In this document: positions 41,755 through 52,100 of the stretch, in pieces
Layout: each line of letters opens with the position of its first letter
Numbering within the stretch: the stretch's first letter is position 1
NCBI GenBank assembly: GCA_963575745.1
Contig: CAUYUJ010000309.1
Coordinates: 62,001-115,549, forward strand
DNA length: 53,549 nucleotides
DNA from: Prorocentrum cordatum
Taxonomy: Eukaryota
Reading direction: 5' to 3'
The notes under the pieces: generated by a model
Databases searched by the model: none
What the model was told of the DNA's origin: nothing
What the model saw: the letters and a program-made list of their open reading frames with translations, nothing else
Made by a program: the position numbers and the translations under genes

Positions 41755-44700
41755 CTAGATGGAGGGCGTGTTCCCCCGGCGGTCGCGGCTCTCGTCTCCG
41801 CTGCGGTCTCCGCCGCGCTCACTGGGGTCCCGGGGGCTGCCGCCATCGCCGCCCCTCGACGCGCGACCGTCCGCGCTGGGCCAGTCACGCTCACTCCGGC
41901 CGCGGCTGCCCTGGTCGCCCTTGGAGTGGCCGCCCTTGCCGCTCTTGTCGCCCTTGCCGCCGCTCTTGGAGCCCTTGGCGGCCTTGCCGGAGTGCTTGCC
42001 CTTGACCTTGCCGCCCTTGCCGCCCTTGTCGCCCGCGCCCTTGCCACGCCAGGCTGGGATCCCACCCCCGCCCGCGGCAGCCTCCGCGGCGGCAGCACGC
42101 CGCCGCTTTTTCTCCTGCTCGTACCAGCCGCCGCGAGGAGCGCGAAGCTGCCCAGCGTGCTTCCCGGTCTTACGCCGCGTGCGGCCGGGCGGGGTGTCGC
42201 CGCGCCGCGCCCACGCTGGGTCCCGCGCCAGACTGTGGCTGGGCGACCTCTCGCGCTTGGGCCGGTGGCGGCTGGGCGACCTCTCACGCTTGGGCCAGCT
42301 GAGGTCGCCCGGCGGGCGGTCCCCCTCAGCCCCCGCACCCGTGGCACCCGTGCTGGGGCGCTCGCCATGGCCGACACTGGGGCCCGGCGCCTCCCGCACG
42401 GTGTGGCCGCTCCGCCGGGCCTTCTCCACCACCGTCTTGGGTTTGCCGAAGGCGACGCGGCAAGCCTCGCAGTAGCTCACGTCGCACCCCTTACAGTGCC
42501 ACCGCAGGGCTCCGCTGTTAGCTCCGCCCGCGGGGCACATCTCGCAACCCCAACCGTCTCCCGGGTCAAAGGAGCTCCAGCGCATCTTGAGTGCGCATGT
42601 CGGGCAGGCAGGCGGCTGGATGGTCGGGCCATCCTCCCCGTCGCTGCCTGGGTCAGGGCCGCGAGGCCGGCTCGCCCACTCCGTGACCACCGTGCACGGG
42701 TCCGTCTTGTAGAACCGATAGTTCGACCTCATGCACTCCCGCGCGCGCTTTGCGTCAGCGCGGCGCTGGAACTCCACCAGCACGCACGGCTCCCGCTTGT
42801 GGCGGTGGTCGTACAGGAAGGCGATGTGTTTGACGACCCCAAAGGGCACGACCACCTGCCTGACCACCTCGGCGTCGACGTGGTGCGGTACCCGCTCGAT
42901 GCGGATGATGGACTCGCCCTCGTCGTGCTGGTCACTGGGCTGCTGCTGGGCGCCCTGGCGCTGCTCCTCCTTGCGCCTACGGCGGCTCCTCGAGCGCGGC
43001 TGGCGCTGGGGCGGACCGTCCCCCGCGCCTGGCGCCTCCTCTACCTCGGTCTTCACCTCGAAGGACCGCGGCGGCGCCCCCCCGCTCTTGGGCTTCAGGA
43101 CGGCCTCACGCTTCACGATGTCGGCCTTCGGGGGGGCGCCGCCCGTCTTGGGTTTCAAGACGGCCTCCTCCTCCTGTCCCCTGCGCCCGCGATCGCGAGG
43201 CGCATCGCGCTCGCGATCGCGGCGCTTCGCGCGCGAGGGCGAGCGCAAGGGCGCAGGGCGCCTCTCGCGCTTGCGGACCTCTTCGGCGAGGCGCTCCTGG
43301 CCCGGCGACCGCGCGGGCCGCGGGCGCGCCTTTGGAGCGCTTTTGCTCTGGCGCCGCGCGGCAGCCTGGATGGCCGCACGCGCCAGCGCCGCGGTGACCG
43401 CGTCCTCTCCCGCCTCGAGGACCGGGGCTGGGGTCGACTTCCCCTCGCCCCTGCTCGAGGCGTCGTCGTCGGTGAGCTCCACGACCGCCTCCGCGTCCAC
43501 TGTGCGCATCATGTCGAGCAGCCCCTTGTTGTGCTTGCAGAGCTCGCGGAGCTCCGGCATGGGCTGCCCCTGGAACTGGGCCAAGGCGAGCGCCAGCTTG
43601 GCCGCCTGGCGCTGGACCTTGATATTCGGCCCCGCGCCCACCCCCCACGCACCCCGCTTGCCGTCGACGATCACCAGCTGGCCGTGGTCCTCGCTCGCCC
43701 CCGCGGCCAAGCAAGCCGCCGCGATGCACGGGGCTGCTTCGTGGTCGTGGTTGACCACCTCGACGAGGTCCTCGCTGTCCAGCTCGTTCACCACCGTGTA
43801 CAGGATGTTGTGGGCGGCACTCCGGAGCTCGTCCGACAGCGCGGCCCCCGAGACGACGACGCCGAGGGGGTTCACCGCCATGATGCTGTAGTCATGGCCA
43901 CGCGCCTTGCTCTGGTCCGGGGCCACCAGGCCCACCAGGAATCCCATGATGCACGCTGCCGGAGCGCGGGGCGACGGCGCGGCTGGCGCGCGGGGCTGGG
44001 GTGCGCGCGCTGCTCGCGCGCCTCGCTCTGGAGTGGGAGATGGCTGCGGATGAGAGGACCAAGAGGAGGTGGGCGTGCCTGGGGCGATCGGGAGCGGTAG
44101 CGAAAGGGGGGTCGAGGGCGAGAGGTCCACCGGGATACCCCCACAACGCGAAGCCCCCGCCCTGACCTGAATACCCGTGGGACCCGCCTGCTGCTTTCCC
44201 ACACGCCCATTAACTCCTCGCCCTGGCTCGTATCTCACCAATTCCTCCTCTCCTTCCTCCTCCGTAGTTGACCCTGCTCGCGCCGAAGGGCGCGCCCAGG
44301 GGGGGCGCCCGGGCGCCCAGGCCGGGCGTTCCGAGGGCCTCAGATCGCTCCCAAACTGGGGCGGGTCGCTCCCGGCCAACTGGTCGGGGCGGGCGCCGGT
44401 CACGGCGCCGTCGTCACCGCGGGCGTCCGGGGCCAATAAGGCGTGGCCCTCCGCCATGCCTCGGGCGAACGGAGCCTGACGCCGATGGTCCTCCCAGAGG
44501 TATCCGTGGAAGGCGTCCGAGGACCACCTCCCGAACCTCTTGACCGCTTCCAGGTCGCGACAGGCGTGGTACAACGCCGTCGCGCCCCCGATGCGCAGGG
44601 AGTGGGATCCCATCTGGCCAGCGTCCACGCCGCAGGCGGCAGCCGCGAGTTGGAGGAGCCCCTGCACCTCCTCCCGCATAATCGGGTGGCCATCGGGCCG

Positions 44701-45289
44701 GCGGAACAGGGGGAGCCCCGCCTCGGTTCCTCGTCCAAACCGGTCCGGCAGCTCCCTCTGGAGGTCGGCTAGTGCGTCCACGACACACAACTCCACCCCC
44801 GAACGGTAATGGTTGCGTACGCAACCTGCGTTAAACTGGTCCGTCTTGGACGACGTGATCGTCAGTACTACCTCATCGCAGTCGCTGAGCCTTGCGCTGG
44901 GTGTACCTCCGCGCATCCCCATGTACGACCTGCCAAGCACCACCCTCCCATAACTCCCAGAGCGTCCTCTTGACCAAATAACACCCGAACGCGCGAGAGC
45001 ATGAAAATAGTACCAGCCCTCAAATCGCCGCCCAGAGATGAGGATCGCCAATTCCCCGACCGTGCCTCCCGTGGCTAACAGTAAAACTCTCGTAGCCAGA
45101 CAACGATCCGGCGTGCCGCACTTCCATCTTTCGCCTTTTCCTTCCCATCTCGGCGGATATCCCACCTTCATCGTGGTTCCAGAAGAGCCGGCGCCGATCG
45201 GAGGTCACATCCCCAAACCCGGCCAGGGTGTGGGCATATCGAATGGCGAACAGGCGCTGGCGGATGGTCGTGGCCCGCCTCTTCATCAC
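41755..45289 (-). CDS. Tyrosine recombinase (frameshifted N-terminal part) in frame with a ~730-aa RNA-binding-type extension
   Basis: Core-binding-like TIRQRLFAIRYAHTLAG in ORF 45020-45289. In the 1138-aa ORF: SKTD (~44840-44851), HSLRIGGAT (His 44602-44604) and GRWSSDAFHGY (Tyr 44500-44502). Downstream of an in-frame Met at 43947 come a dsRBD-like WGVGAGPNIKVQRQAAKLALAL, RS/RD-rich tracts, an RRM (IRIERVP...PCVLVEF), a CxxC-x16-CxxC-x13-CxxC-x4-CxxC-type finger and a GK-rich tail. Confidence 0.85.
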
Positions 45290-45839
45290 CTAGTACAGGT
45301 ACACGACATACCGATGAGGTCTCCCTCATCTTATAGCGGCGTCCCGAGTCTCGCCCCTCTTATGGGCCCGCCCTCGTGCCTCCGCCAAGTACCCAGTTAA
45401 CGCCACCCGCGGCACTCGGTCTCGCCCCGCCGTCCCTATCGCAAGCTTGGCCAACTATCCACCGCTGGTCGGTCGCAATCCAGCCGCGGCGTCGTGAGTT
45501 CCACTTGAATCCCTGCGCGCCCCCCGAGCCGCGACCAGCCACGCGGGCTTCACAGCGCGGACAGGGCCTGCGGGACGCCGACGGCCTTGCGCGGGTGCCG
45601 CGCCGGCCCACCCCCATGGCGCTTGCCTGGGCATCCCCGCCTCCAACAGCGAAGGTCACCGCCCCGACCCGCACCCCGCCTGCCTCGTCCTCCCCTGCTG
45701 CGGTGGACCGCGCGGTAGCAGGGGGGTCGAGCTGGTCCGCCAACCGAGCGGCGTCGTCCGTCGTCTTCCCCGCCTCCAGCGCAGCCTCGAATGGCCCGCT
45801 TGGGCGATCGGGGGCCTGAAGCCAGGCCTTTAGCCACAG

Positions 45840-48800
45840 CTAAACCATCTCGTCATTAGCGAGTCGGTCGTGATCGGGCCCGACGCCAGCGCGCGCCCCG
45901 GGTGCCTCGCCTGCGCTCGCTGCCTCTACGGCCTGCCTCAGCAGGCGCTCCGCCCACTGGAGCACCCAGCGGGCCGTGCGACGCGGGAGTGCACGAGTGG
46001 CCTGCCGCATGCGCTCGGCGATCGGCATACCTCCAAGGCCCAAGGCATCCCACAGCTCCGCCGTGCCCCCCTGGGCGCACCAGATTTCTTTCGGGTGCAG
46101 GGCTCGCACGGTCCAGCCGCCCTCGGACCCTTCCAGGATCAGGGTGTTCGCATAGCCCTTCCACGGGTCGGGCTTCGCCCGTGCCGTATGGCAGGGCCCG
46201 CGCGGATCATGAATCACCACGCGCTGGGCCCGCCCGCCTCCCGCGGGCTGCCACGTGCCCCGCGGCCAAGGCATCATGCGATCCCCCGTCGTCGAGATCC
46301 GAGGGTCCACGAGCAAGGTGCCGTTGTCGAGGTCCAGGCGGAGCTCATCCAGCGGTGGCCGCCCTGCCTCCTTCCAGAGCTGGCAGAGGCCGCGTGGCTC
46401 CACGCTGGGCTGTCCCAGGGGGGGTACGGGGCCCGATGCCCGAACCCGTTCCCCGCAACCCCAAACCTGGACCGCCCGCGCGCGTGCCGTGACGTCGCCG
46501 AAGTGCGTGCACAGTAGGCGCGTCTCTGGGGAGAGTGCCACATAGCCGAGGCGCCGTAAGCGCGCCCCTAGTCGCACTGCAGCGTAGTTGACGGGGGCGT
46601 CGAGCAGCACGGCCAGTGGCCGAGTGGTGATCAGCAGCCGCTCCAGGCCCGTCGCTTCGCGTCCACCGGGGTCCTCCGATAGTGACACGCACAGCCAGCG
46701 GGTCCGCGGGGCCCCAGTGGGGTCCTTGGGGTGGTCCCCGTCGTCCGGGTCCCATCGGTCACCGACATCCCACGGCGCTAGCAGCGCCGACCCACCGAGG
46801 CTCTCCCATGCCTCCCCAAAGGGGGGCCACGCGGTTCCCACCTCCAGCAGCCGCGCCCCCTCGACCTGCAGGGGGGCGTAGCGTGGCAGGGCCTCCCGGG
46901 CTCCTTTGACTTGGAGTGCAGCCGCGCGCCAGGGCCCGTCGTCTCCTGGCATCCGCAGCTCGCGCTGGGCGGCCTCCCCCACCAGCTCGCCCCACGGTGC
47001 TGCCGGCGACAGCTCGGTCCATCCGGCCTCCGCCATCCGCTGGCGTACCTCCTCCACCGTGGCACGAGTAATGAAGTCGGCCAGCTCGTTGTGGTAAGTC
47101 CGTAAGTAAAGCCCGTCCAGGACCCGGAACTTGTACCGTGGCTCCAGCATGGCCAGGACTCGAAGCAGGTGGCGCGCCACCGCGTTCCGCGCCCGGCGGC
47201 GTCGCAGCCAGCGGCTGACATTGCTGTTGTCAGTGACGTACGGCAATAGCAGCTGGAACCAGTCCGGGCCTTTCTCGGCCGCCAAGGCTATCAGACAGAG
47301 GAGTTCGACCACCGCGATGATCTCCCCCTCCCCCTGCCACGTGACCCCAGGGGCGGAGCGGAGCGTCTCCAGATAGGGAGCCGCCTCCGCCACGATGTAC
47401 TCGCGCGAGGACCAGTCCAGCGCACCGATCCGATCCAGGGTGGCATCGCCTCCCAGCCAGCGCAGCTTGCCGAGCGCCCCCGGGAGTGCAAGGGCCTCGC
47501 GAAGGCCTAGCAGGCCCTCGAAGGAGGTCTCGAAGTTACCCTCGACCGGCATCTCAAAGCAGACGCGCAGCCAATCCAAGGTCTGGTGCCACTCGTCCCA
47601 CGCAGCCTCTACCATCTCGGGGTCGCCCGGCGGATGGACGTAGGCCTGACCTGGGTCACCCGACAGCATTCGGTGGACCGCTGGGAGCTCCAGGCTCAGG
47701 GCCGGAGCTGCGCAGGCGCAGAACTGGCCGAGCCCACTTAGCTCCCTCGCGGTTCGCAGCCGGACCATGCGGCAGCCGAAGCTCAGCTCCGGCTCCGCCA
47801 ATAGGAAGCGCATCTTCATGGCCTTGGGCTCCGGGAGTCCAACTCGCTCGCGCTCGAAGCCCATACTGAGCCCCCAGATAATCTGCGTGGTGGAAGGCTC
47901 CCCCTCGGCGTCCCTCTTGCTGACGTTCACTGCTTCGGACCCAAACACCTCACGTATGGAGGCATCCAATGCGTCGCAGGCCATCCACGGTCGGACCCCA
48001 ATGTCGGGCTCCACCACCACAGGGTCATCCAAGAGCCACTCCGAGTGGAAGTGGGTGGTGTCGTGCCAGTGCGGCTCCCCAGGCCGATAGCTCTCGTGGA
48101 GCTCCCTCGCCGCCAGGGCGAGCATCATGTAATTGCCTGGGGCTCCCGCCCACCCAAACACCATGGCTAGGTAAACGACTCTGACGTCCCCCTCGATGCC
48201 AGCGTGGGCCCCCGGTAACGAGGTGCCAAAGTCCCCGACGTCCGCCGGGGCGAAGTCCAACCACTTGAAGGCCCGCGAGACGTCCCGCTTGGCGCAGAGG
48301 AGGCGCGCTCCGGGGTGGCGCGCGCGATGCCATACCGCCGTCCTCGCCACTTGCCGATGGCGTGGCTGGACGGCAGGCGGGTGGTCGCGCTTGTGCGTGG
48401 CGGCGTTGGCCGAGAGCATCGCATGGATCATACGCCCTTCGGACGATAAGGTTCTGTCCGGTAGCTGCTTCGGTACCCTCCCCAGCGGGGCTTCCACCAG
48501 CTCCGTCAGAAAACCCTCTGCCGCCTGGGACGCCACCAGGGCGATCCCCCAGGTCACATCCGCCCATACCTTCTGGTAGGCCTCGTCGATGTGGGCTCGC
48601 ACGCTGGGGTACGGCTGGGCTCGCTTGCGCCTCCGCGGCGCGCCCCGCCGCGCGGAGGCCCCCCCTTCCGCTAGCTCCCGGACGTACTCGAAGTGCTCTC
48701 GGCTTAAACACCGTCGCACCTTGTCCCCCAGGACGCCCCGAAGGGGGTTGCCTAGGCGCTCGAGGCGCGCGCGCCTAAGCAGCGCGGCCGCTTCCTTCAG

Positions 48801-48851
48801 GGACCCCGTCCGCTGGAGGAGCTGATCCCCCAGCCCTACCAGGGTCCGCAT
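45840..48851 (-). CDS. YR-element polyprotein segment: reverse transcriptase + RNase H + degenerate C5-MTase-like domain
   Basis: 1003-aa ORF. RT: GRVPK...GRMIH, KRDVSRAF, MVFGWAGAP, WLLDD (48024-48038). DIRS-type RNase H: GGDAT, IAVVEL, VTDNSNV, HNELADFITR. C-terminal MTase motif VI-X-like strings: RPLAVLLD, LRRLGY, HFGDVTARAR, RALHPKE, RQATRALP. The frame stays open past single TAG codons at both ends (48936-48938, 45840-45842). Confidence 0.9.
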   Translation of the reverse strand: MRTLVGLGDQLLQRTGSLKEAAALLRRARLERLGNPLRGVLGDKVRRCLSREHFEYVRELAEGGASARRGAPRRRKRAQPYPSVRAHIDEAYQKVWADVTWGIALVASQAAEGFLTELVEAPLGRVPKQLPDRTLSSEGRMIHAMLSANAATHKRDHPPAVQPRHRQVARTAVWHRARHPGARLLCAKRDVSRAFKWLDFAPADVGDFGTSLPGAHAGIEGDVRVVYLAMVFGWAGAPGNYMMLALAARELHESYRPGEPHWHDTTHFHSEWLLDDPVVVEPDIGVRPWMACDALDASIREVFGSEAVNVSKRDAEGEPSTTQIIWGLSMGFERERVGLPEPKAMKMRFLLAEPELSFGCRMVRLRTARELSGLGQFCACAAPALSLELPAVHRMLSGDPGQAYVHPPGDPEMVEAAWDEWHQTLDWLRVCFEMPVEGNFETSFEGLLGLREALALPGALGKLRWLGGDATLDRIGALDWSSREYIVAEAAPYLETLRSAPGVTWQGEGEIIAVVELLCLIALAAEKGPDWFQLLLPYVTDNSNVSRWLRRRRARNAVARHLLRVLAMLEPRYKFRVLDGLYLRTYHNELADFITRATVEEVRQRMAEAGWTELSPAAPWGELVGEAAQRELRMPGDDGPWRAAALQVKGAREALPRYAPLQVEGARLLEVGTAWPPFGEAWESLGGSALLAPWDVGDRWDPDDGDHPKDPTGAPRTRWLCVSLSEDPGGREATGLERLLITTRPLAVLLDAPVNYAAVRLGARLRRLGYVALSPETRLLCTHFGDVTARARAVQVWGCGERVRASGPVPPLGQPSVEPRGLCQLWKEAGRPPLDELRLDLDNGTLLVDPRISTTGDRMMPWPRGTWQPAGGGRAQRVVIHDPRGPCHTARAKPDPWKGYANTLILEGSEGGWTVRALHPKEIWCAQGGTAELWDALGLGGMPIAERMRQATRALPRRTARWVLQWAERLLRQAVEAASAGEAPGARAGVGPDHDRLANDEMV

Positions 48852-49194
48852 GGCTTCGGGGTCATACTCAGGGTGCTCCGTGCAGAAGGTCAGGTAGACC
48901 GTGGCCAGCTCCGCCGGGCTGCACCCGTCGAGGTCCTACGCGATATCTCTGGCCGGATCCTCGCAAGGGGGTCGAGTCTTGCCCGCACTCACCTCCCCCT
49001 GTGCCCTCGCTCACCTCCCCCTGTGGCCTTGCAATGGGGGCTTAGGGGGAGAGAAGTTGGGTAAGTGAAGAGAGGGGTAAAGTGGGGGGGGGTAAATTGA
49101 GGTGTGGGAGGGGGGGGGAAGCCCGGCCAGGTGCCTTACAGCTCTTGCATATATAATGCTCGTCATGTCTGAGGCTCTTTTAATACTGAAAGAG

Positions 49195-52100
49195 TTAAAT
49201 AAGATTGAGAAAATTTAAAATACAATAAAGCCTACCGCATTTTGAGCCGTCCCCTGAGGCCTGCAGGCGCTCAATTCCAGTGAAGTCGACGCCCTGCAGG
49301 CGCCCGGGCGCCTCCGCCCGGGCGATTTTGGGGGACGCCCCCGGGCCATCCTCCCATATAGGCGCCAACTGCCGACGCAGTTGGCTCACCGACCAGCGGA
49401 GATAGGCCCCTTTCAACACCTTTGCCCACGCGGCGCAAAGGCGGGGGGCCCAAACCTGCGCCTCCTTGGTGCGCTTAATGCCCGAGCCCGGCACGTGATC
49501 CTTCAGCTCGACGCGGTGGTGGTCACGGGGGCAACGTCGCGCCAACAGCAGAGCGTGCAGATGCAGCCGGGGGCTGACGAGCCACCAGCTGCCCTTGCGA
49601 TAGCGGCTCTCTGGCGCGTCGGACGGGGCCTTACCCCAGGCGCACATGTGGATCGGGACGATCATGGCCCCCGTCGCTCGACGCAGCTCGTGCATCGGGG
49701 CCTGGCCCCAAATCTTGGGGTAGCGGCCCGAGGGGCAGTAGGACTCGATGAGAAACTCCTTGCCAGCGTCGTGTAGGATGCGGCAGGTGTCGCACGTGAA
49801 CTGTGTGTGGCTGTTACCCACGCGCTCGAACTCTTTGGAGCCATCCCCCTCGGGGTGCTCCCACGTGCGGGTGCCCTGCGGGGTCCCGCCCGGCTGGGTC
49901 ATGAGCCCGAGGTCGGTGTACGAGCCACACGGGGTACCCCAGCACCAAACGTCGGCCACGTCGGGGCCCATGGGGGTCCGTGCGGCCTCCTGTAGGCGCG
50001 CGCGGACCGCTGGGTCGAGGGTGTCATGATCCGGCCGTGGGCCGGATTCTCGGAGGGGGTCGTCGTAATATTCGATCGGCTCCAGCACCCGGATGCCCTC
50101 GGCGCGAAGCGCGGCCGACCAATATCCCGAACCGGCGTACACCTCCTGGGCGATCAAACCGTACGCGAACGCGGGGTCGTGTCGAATTGGCATCGCGTTC
50201 GCTTCCAGGAGGCGTGCCTGGACGTCGGCTGGATGTTCCCCGAACGAGGCTGGCGCGCGTCCCACTGCGCGGCCCGCCCGACCTTCCGCTGCCTTGCAGT
50301 GGGTGCAGGGCGCGCTCTTGCCCGGGACGGTGGGTTCAACGTCCGGTCCTTCATCGAGCATCTCGCGCCAGCCGACACTTACGATCTCGCGGGACAGGCG
50401 TCCTGCGTGCCCCCAGCGCTGGCCTAGGGCCGCCGCCTCCGCGTGGGAGCGCGGGCGCAAGGCGCGCATATGGCCACGCCAGATCAGGAGCGGAATTACG
50501 TGATCCTCCGCGCCGACCCCCGTCCCCATTAGGTGGTCCACGCATAGGCGCCCACTGCCGTTGACACGGAGCACCTGGAGCGTGACGGCGTCGAGGTCGG
50601 CGACGGGGCATGCTGCCAGGCAGCGATAGTCCTTGTCGTGGTGCGGGTGCACCGCATCGTGGACGTAGGAGCGGACATCGGCCTCCAGGGCCGTGATCCA
50701 CGGCGGGGAGTCGCCCAGGGCACGCAGGGCCTCGTGGGCCTCCTCCCATAGCGCATGGCGATACGTCGCGGCCAACTGCTGCACCGCGTCCGGGCTGGGC
50801 TCACCTGTGCCCCCGCCCGCGCGTAGCAGGAGCACCCCCGCAGCTACGTGCAGTAGCAGGCACTGCCGCTCCTCGGTGTCGCCCACCTCCAGGCCCATCG
50901 CCTGGCCCATCTCCTCTGTAGGGCCGAGGCGGTCCCGATAGTCGATGAAGTCCCACTGGATGCGGGTGTCCTCGTCCCAGAAGGTATAGGACCCGCGGCC
51001 TATCAGCCCGCCGGGGTCCCACGCAACCGGGCCAACCTCGGCCCCGCCCTCGGTGACGTATCCTGCGGCGCAGCTAAGCGCCTCATGCAGGTCGGCTGCC
51101 TCGCTGCTGAGACCCCGATGGCCTCGGTCCACGGCTTCCTCGAGGGCTCGCTCCATAAGCCGCTCCCCGCGCAGGCGCGCCCCCAAGACGCGCCCGCGCA
51201 CGTGGCTCTGCAAGTGCTCGCTGGCCCCCTTCAGAGGTGCGAAGATGCCCTCGGCTTCGAGCTCCTGCATGAGTTTGAGGCGAAGCTCCGGCCCATCACC
51301 CGCGGGCTGGGCGTCCCATGTGGCCGCCGCGCGCGGGTGGTCGTGGTCTTCGAGCCATCCGAAGTCGGGGCCCTTAACCGCTTCCCGGAGGTCGGATTCC
51401 ATCGCGGTAAGCTGGAGCGCAGTGTAGTCGTCCGGGGCCTGCCCCGGGCCCGGGTCGCCCGCTGCTCGCGAGCCGCTGCCACGGCCACGACCCTTCTCCT
51501 TCTGGGAGTCAGGGGCAGCAGGGGGGGACGTGTCCTCGCCAACCTTCTCGGCCTCGGCTGCCTTGGCTTGCGAGCGTAGCTGCGCAATCATCCCATCCAC
51601 CTGCTTGGGGTCGATCCAGGGCGCCCCAAGGAGCCCCCCGCGCCTCGTGAGCTGCATGACTACCGAGTAGTCCAATCCGCGCGTTGACTTGATGGGGTCA
51701 TGGGAGTTAGGGCAGTCGCAAGCCTTCCGCGAGCAGCCCATGTGCGTGGTGGCCCCCCAGCAGATAGGGACGTTGTCTTTATTGCGGGGCGCATGCGCCA
51801 CGGATCGCGTCCGCTCCGGGCGTGTTAGTTCCTTGCCCGCTGGGTACGCCCTCTTGGGGGCTGTCCCCGCTCGGGCCCCGGTGCCCGCCTTGGGCCCCGC
51901 CTTCGGCTGGGGCCCAGCCCCCGCCTTGGGCCTGTCATCCCCCTGCGCCGTGGGCCGGGGATCGCCCATCTCCTCGCTCCCTCCCGCTTTGGGCGGTCGC
52001 TTCGTGAGGTGGGCGTTCAGCTGCCCATTGAGGAGGCGCGTGCGGCCTTGCGCCGGGGCACGACCACCTGCTGGTAGTAGGCGTTCGGGTCCCCGAGGTC

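Noticed and set aside
41926..44100. 724-aa and 386-aa plus-strand ORFs
   Set aside because: Antisense shadows of the GC-rich minus-strand ORF that carries the recognisable domains.
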